Shown here: one piece after another, positions 58,613-64,000 of the stretch | How the letters are laid out: each line of letters starts with the position of its first letter | Numbering within the stretch: the stretch's first letter is position 1 | Notes under the pieces: model-generated | Told to the model about the DNA's origin: nothing | What the model saw: only the letters and a program-made list of their open reading frames with translations | The model's database searches: none | Position numbers and translations under genes: made by a program | From: the human T2T-CHM13v2.0 reference genome, Homo sapiens | DNA length: 64,000 bases | NCBI RefSeq assembly: GCF_009914755.1 | Contig: NC_060937.1 | Direction: 5' to 3' (one strand)

Positions 58613-59385
58613 CTTAACCATTAACAGAGTGTTTATCTCATTTAGTGACAAGTCATATATTTTCAGACGAAGCAGGCATTTAATATTTTAATGGTTTTTA
58701 TAAATATGTAGTATAGTTTTATATCACTTAAAAATATAAGAATAAGAGTCACTGAAAGCTGCTACAATTCAACCATAACACCTTGCTCATTACCGTTTCC
58801 CTCATGTTAAACCTCTCTTCCATTTCAGATGCCAGCTCCTCCTTTGTAAGATGCAAAGATGCCAATACCTGGACACTGTTCATCCTTCAAGAGAGTGTTT
58901 TTGCTATCCTTTGGCAAATGAGAAATCAAGCTGAGTGTTATAAATGACACAGTCACTCCAGTACTGCACACTGTGTGTGGTGGACACCAGTCATATACAG
59001 AGCATTTGGCATTTAGAGACATCTGTGAATCATAATTGTGAAATAGGATTTCCTGGGGACATTCTCATTAGCCTGATTCTATCTTACATTTTCTAGCCTG
59101 TGCATTTTCAGATATTTCGAAAGAGAAAAATCGCTTCTTTCTTCATTCCCCTCCTTCCCCACCTGGTGTCCTTTGCTGAACTAATCACAAGCATGTCAAA
59201 AGGACTCTGAATGCCCAACTCATGGCTCCTGGCCTTGTGTCTTATCTCTGTGGCTCTGAAATAAAAGTGACGTCTGCCCCTTGTTGACATCAAAGGGTCC
59301 TCAGTTCCTAGTATGTCCCCTTGGAGAGTAAAAGTTCTGTGGAAGGCACAATTAGTTGTGCCTTGAGAGGAGATAAGAAACTGAG

Positions 59386-59680
59386 GGCCGGGTGCAGTGG
59401 CTCACACCTGTAATCCCAGCACTTTGGGAGGGCGAGGCAGGTGGATCACGAGGTCAGGAGATCGAGACCATCCTGACCAACATGGTGAAACCCCATCTCT
59501 ACTAAAATACAAAAAATTAGCCAGGCATGGTGGTGTATGCCTGTAGTCCCAGCTACTTGGAAAGCTGAGGCAGAGGAATCACTTGAACCTGGGAGGCAGA
59601 GATTTCAGTGAGCCGAGATGGGGCCACTGCACTCCAGCCTGGCGACAGAGCGAGAATACGTCTCAAAAAAAAAAAAAAAA
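59386..59680 (+). mobile_element. AluSc-like SINE
   Basis: ggatcacgaggtcaggagatcgagacc and cctggcgacag. TSD aagaaactgagg. Confidence 0.93.
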
Positions 59681-59790
59681 GAAACTGAGGTAGCTGATTT
59701 ATCTCCTCCGTGCAAGATAGCCATAAGTAGACCCTCTGACCTATTCAAGATTTAGGTTTTATGTGTATCCCTTGTTTATATTCTCTATTG

Positions 59791-60127
59791 CAGTGGTCCC
59801 CAACCATTTTGGCACCAGGAACCGACTTCATGGAGGACAATTTTTTCATGGACCAGAGAGGATGATGGTTTTGGAATGAAACTGTCTCACCTCAGATCAT
59901 CAGGCATTAGAATCTCATAAGGACCCTACGACCTAGATCCCTCACATGCGCAGTTCACAGTAGGGTTCATGCTCTTATGAAAATCCAATGTAGCCACTGA
60001 TCTGACGGGAGGCAGAGCTCAGGCGGTAATGCTCCATAGCCTGCTGCTCACCTCTTGCTATGCGGCCCAGTTCCTAACAGGCCACGGACCAATACTGCTC
60101 CTTGGAACTGAGGGTTGGGGACCCCTG
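59791..60127 (+). mobile_element. MER1B hAT-Charlie element
   Basis: TIRs cagtggtccccaacc ... ggttggggacccctg. 8-bp TSD ctctattg / ctgtattg. Confidence 0.92.
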
Positions 60128-60664
60128 CTGTATTGTACGTAAAACAGTTCTGTGCAATCAAGACAAATTCAGTTACTAAGACTCAAATGTATTTTCATAA
60201 ACTTAATTGTGTAATAATATTTTAACTGAGTTCCTGTAAAAAAAATTAAAAAGCTTTATAGATGAAAACTGCTGAGCCTCATGGGAACACCTATAGCAGG
60301 TGTATTTTAAGTGCTTCACATAAAAGCAATATTCTTTTTAAGAGTTAACAAAAAGTAGTTCCTCACACAGCAATAAACCCGTTGCTAGTCCTCTTTTGAA
60401 TTGCAAAAGAGAAACTTAAAACAATCAGTGAAGCTGAGGGGACAGCTACTAACATTAGCTTTGAAATCTCATGCTAATCCTACTACGTGATAGAGAAAAA
60501 CAAATAGATGTTTACTTGTTTATGCATTAATGCATATATTAGATGATTTGCCTTACATATGTCTTCATTGAGGTAGAATGATTCTAATATGTGTCTATTT
60601 TTCCCTTTTCCTGAGCGTTTCCTTACTAGAGGTATTATTTTGATTGTGGATTTTTAGGCTATTG

Positions 60665-60854
60665 CAGTGGTTCTCAAAATGCATCAGAATCACTCAGAAG
60701 GCTTGATGATGCACAGACTGCTGGCCCCAGCTCCAGATTTGCTGAATGTGTGGGTCTTGGGTAGAGACACCAGAGACTGCATTTCTAAGAAGATCACAAG
60801 TGACATCAGGTGACACTGATTCTGTGGTTTGAGAATCACACTAGGAGACCACTG
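60665..60854. mobile_element. MER5A hAT element
   Basis: TIRs cagtggttctcaa ... ggagaccactg, with internal gcatcagaatcac. Confidence 0.8.
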
Positions 60855-61065
60855 GGGTATGACAACTACCAAAGAGTTACTGACTTCAGCTCAATTCTGC
60901 ACATCTGTAGTCCATTAAGTGATCCCATGCTAAAAGGAGACATCGTTGAACTCTAAAATATCAGTAACTATCAAGCTTTCCTTTGTTGCTGAAGCAGATA
61001 TCAGTGGCCGGTAAACCTTCCTATATGCTGATTTGGTTTGCATAACAAAGTCTGGTGATAAATGC

Positions 61066-61194
61066 AAGATAAATAAGTTCTAGAGATCTGTTATGCAATA
61101 CGCGTCTCTGATTAACGATACTGTACTGTATACTTAACAACTTGTTAAGAGGGTAGATCTCGCGTTAAGTGTTCTTACCGCAATAAAAATAAAT
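61066..61194 (+). mobile_element. L1MA 3' terminus
   Basis: aataagttctagagatctg...ttaagagggtagatctcgcgttaagtgttcttaccgcaataaaa. Confidence 0.75.
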
Positions 61195-61217
61195 TGTGAA
61201 GGAGATTGTAGTGATGG

Positions 61218-61707
61218 TGTGAGAGTTGCAGATACCAAGATGAAATCACTTTTTTGAAACCCAAATAAAATAGGACCAGAAATGCGCGAAGGAGAGGAGG
61301 TTCATGCTTACGGGTCTGAGATAAGACCTGTTTCCCAGGACTTTCTCCCCTTTCTCATCCTTCACGCATCTCCTGCTTTGATAAGGCTTATCACAGACAT
61401 TCTTTAGGACTGCAGTAATGCAGATAAGATGCTCCCGGAAGAACACTTGCCCAGTAACAGCATCTCCACCAATGAACCGACAACAACTCTGGCTTTGAGC
61501 CTCTGGAACCAATGAACTCTGTTTCTAAGCAGCTTATGCAAATCTCTCCCTTTTTGCTAATAAAAGCTTCCCTCTATCCTTCCCTCACCGGATGCACTGG
61601 TGGCGTGCCATTCTATCCATTCCAGATTATAATCCTTATTTCTTATTCCCGAATAAACTCAACATATTTAGAGACAATTTTCTCTAGTGTCTTTTTTTAG
61701 GTTGACA
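61218..61707 (+). mobile_element. ERV1-class solo LTR (MER67-like)
   Basis: TG...CA ends (tgtgagagttgcag ... ttaggttgaca), two ccaatgaac CCAAT boxes, aataaa in R/U5. Confidence 0.72.
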
Positions 61708-61708
61708 C

Positions 61709-62315
61709 TGTCAACTGAGGAATTGCAAGGTTCATACATTTGGAGAGGAGAGCTTCATTTCTTAGAAAGGCTTGCAGCCTGCGGGCTGGCCATCCTGACA
61801 CACTGGGAAGCCACTGGCAGAAACCAGAAGCGGGCACTTCAAAGGAGGGAAGAGTAAGATAGGCACTGATGCTAAACACATTGGCTAAGTACCGTATCAA
61901 CAGGTTATAAGAAGAGCTATGAATATTTATGGAGGGGGTCTGCACCTCATAGTGAGCAAACATACATGTTACATATGTCCTATATTCACTTTAGGGTGAA
62001 GGCCTTACATTTACATGCATACAAATTCGGTTGTATATGTCAAAAGGTGAAATGGATGACACAGAGGAACCCTGTGTGCAGTCTCTGTAAACCGGCCAGA
62101 ATCACTCCACAGTCAGGAATGCTGGTAAGTTGTGTTTCATGGGAAGGAAAGTCTAATGGTAGTTAGCGAGGGAAGGAGTATAATGAGGTGTGTCTGACCT
62201 GCTGTTCCATTGTGGGCAGGAAGTAAGTTTTTCAGGTTTCTCTGGGGTCCCCTTGGCCAGGAGGGGTTCATTTAGTTAATTGGGAAGCTTAGGATTTTAT
62301 TGTTATTTCTCAACA
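61709..62315 (-). mobile_element. ERV1 MER4-group solo LTR (LOR1/LTR48-like)
   Basis: Reverse strand starts tgagaaataacaataaaatcctaag...ggccaaggggaccccagagaaacctgaaaaact and ends cagttgaca. Confidence 0.72.
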
Positions 62316-62316
62316 G

Positions 62317-63332
62317 TGTCGTAGTCAGTTTGGGCTGTTGTAACAAATTATCATAGGCTCAGTGGCTTAAATCACAAACACCATTTCTCACAGTTCTGGA
62401 GGCTGAAGTCCAAAATCATGTTGCCAATGTGGCTGAGGGCTGGTGAGGGCTATCTTCCAGGTTGCAGGGTGCCAACTTCTCCTTGTGCTCTCACAAGGAG
62501 GAAAGATGGCAAGAGAGCTCTCAAGTGTCTTACTATAAAGAACTAATCCCATTCACAAGAGCTTTACCCTCATGACCTAATCATCTCTCAAAGCCCCACG
62601 TTCTAATGCCATTACTGGGGCTTGGAAAGCAATACCTCAAACACTGGCATTTTGACATGTTGAGGGGCCTTAGCTGCTTCACAATGAAGGTTCTTCTAAT
62701 TTTTGTCTTGTCCCAGCCACCCCAAATACAAGAAGAGACCTTTTCTTTGAGATTTCCTTATTTGACCAAGAAAGCTTCTTTCCAAAAGGCATGAAGTTGT
62801 CTTAAGACTTCTTCCCTAGGAATCTCGTCACATAACCAGGAAAGATTAATCTCCAGAGAAGAAGAGACTGGGTCACAATGCTTAGGTATTTTTTATATAT
62901 TTTTCTGAGGGCAACCCCAAGAGACTTCCTGGGGAACTTACCTGCATAACGAGACAACCTTTGTACCCATGCAGCTTCTCCCCTCACCTTCCTTCTGCCT
63001 CCTGACTGTTCACTCTCCCTCCTGATTTACCACTTCTCAAAAAAATTGTCTGCAGTCCTCATCCCCCCACTTCCCTACGGAAAAGGGTACATAAGCTTCT
63101 CTAACACACTGGATGACTAGGTAGTCACTCTGTCACTTTCCCTCCTGCACACTAATAAAATTGTATTAATAAATTTGTATCCCTTTTCTTCTATGAATTT
63201 GCCTTATGTCAGTTTTTTAGTGAACCTTCAGAGAGCAAAGGGGAAAGTTTTCCTTCAACCCTAAACCATTGCATTGGGAGTGGGTTTTCTAAATATAAAT
63301 TTTGGGGAAAACAAGCATTTTAGTCCACTGCA
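62317..63332 (-). mobile_element. MLT1A-type MaLR LTR split by a nested ERV1 LTR
   Basis: tgtcgtagtcagtttgggctgttgtaacaaat...cagttctggaggctgaagtccaa..., resuming at 63266 and ending ttagtccactgca. Confidence 0.82.
62613..63265 (+). mobile_element. ERV1 solo LTR (MER39/MER34-group)
   Basis: ggggcttggaaagcaatacc..ggcattttgacatg ... gtgaaccttcagagagcaaaggggaaagtttt. 4-bp TSD CCAT. Confidence 0.78.
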
Positions 63333-63569
63333 GACGGAAATTTTCTTCTGAGACTTGATGCTTCATGAGAAGCCACATTGCCACCTGGCAAAGTTCTCTA
63401 GTCAAAAGCTGTCTGTTTGTTTGTCTTGTGAAAAGAATCACCAACAATCTCTTTTTAGAAGTACATGTGCTTCATAATAATGTCGAAATTCATAAGAAGT
63501 TCATAATTCAGAATTCAGAAGTTCATACTAATGTGGAAATGGTCAGAAGAAAAACAAGATCTGCCTGCT

Positions 63570-63686
63570 ATAAGACTCAGCCAATGAGGACATGTGGCTG
63601 ACATAACTGTGAGATAATAAATTTGTGTTGTTTTAAGTCACAAACTTTGTGATGATTTATTTCGGCAGCAACAGAGAATTAATCCA
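63570..63686 (+). mobile_element. MLT1 LTR 3' end
   Basis: aactgtgagataataaatttgtgttgttttaagtc...gcagcaacagagaattaat. Confidence 0.75.
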
Positions 63687-64000
63687 AGTGTTGAGTGCTC
63701 ATGTACACACACCAGCAACTCTGCTAGATTTAACCAGGGTGGCCTAATGTCTAACACAGGAATAATCCATTAATTCATTAGTAAATGCATAGATATTTAT
63801 TCCTATACTTAAAAAGAGGAAGACTGGAAATAGCATTGACTGAGCACCTAGTACATGCCAGGAATAATTCTAAATGCTGAACATTTATTGGTAGTTTTAC
63901 TTCTCATAACAACCTCAAACTAGATGAGACAGCCAAGGTTCTGAAAATATGAATACTGCTCTAATTCACGCAAAAATCAGAAGCTGAGTCCCCTCAACAT

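Overview
AT-rich primate genomic DNA. AluY, L1PA4-type L1 and THE1 LTRs point to a hominoid, probably human, but the species and locus cannot be fixed from sequence alone. I found no recognisable protein-coding exon, tRNA/rRNA gene or CpG island, so the window looks intergenic or deep-intronic. The ORF track is explained by Alu, L1, Tigger, microsatellite or chance frames. Repeats dominate: about 17 Alus, many L1 fragments including a ~4.4 kb old L1MB-like copy, MaLR/ERV1 solo LTRs with visible target-site duplications (TSDs), DNA-transposon fossils (Tigger3, Tigger4, MER82, MER58, MER1B, MER5, MADE1) and MIR/L2 relics. Subfamily names are from memory of consensus sequences, not from a RepeatMasker run. 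The most notable observations are: (i) two inverted L1PA 3' fragments 3.3 kb apart that share several non-consensus substitutions; (ii) a perfect 3 x 75-bp triplication of unique DNA containing a quasi-palindrome; (iii) a GC-rich block of five consecutive stem-loops bounded by minus-strand splice signals; (iv) three LTRs abutting at 1-nt spacing; (v) a CpG-retaining bZIP/EGR motif cluster near 57.5-58 kb. I see no convincing evidence of a new biological system; these are hypotheses to test.
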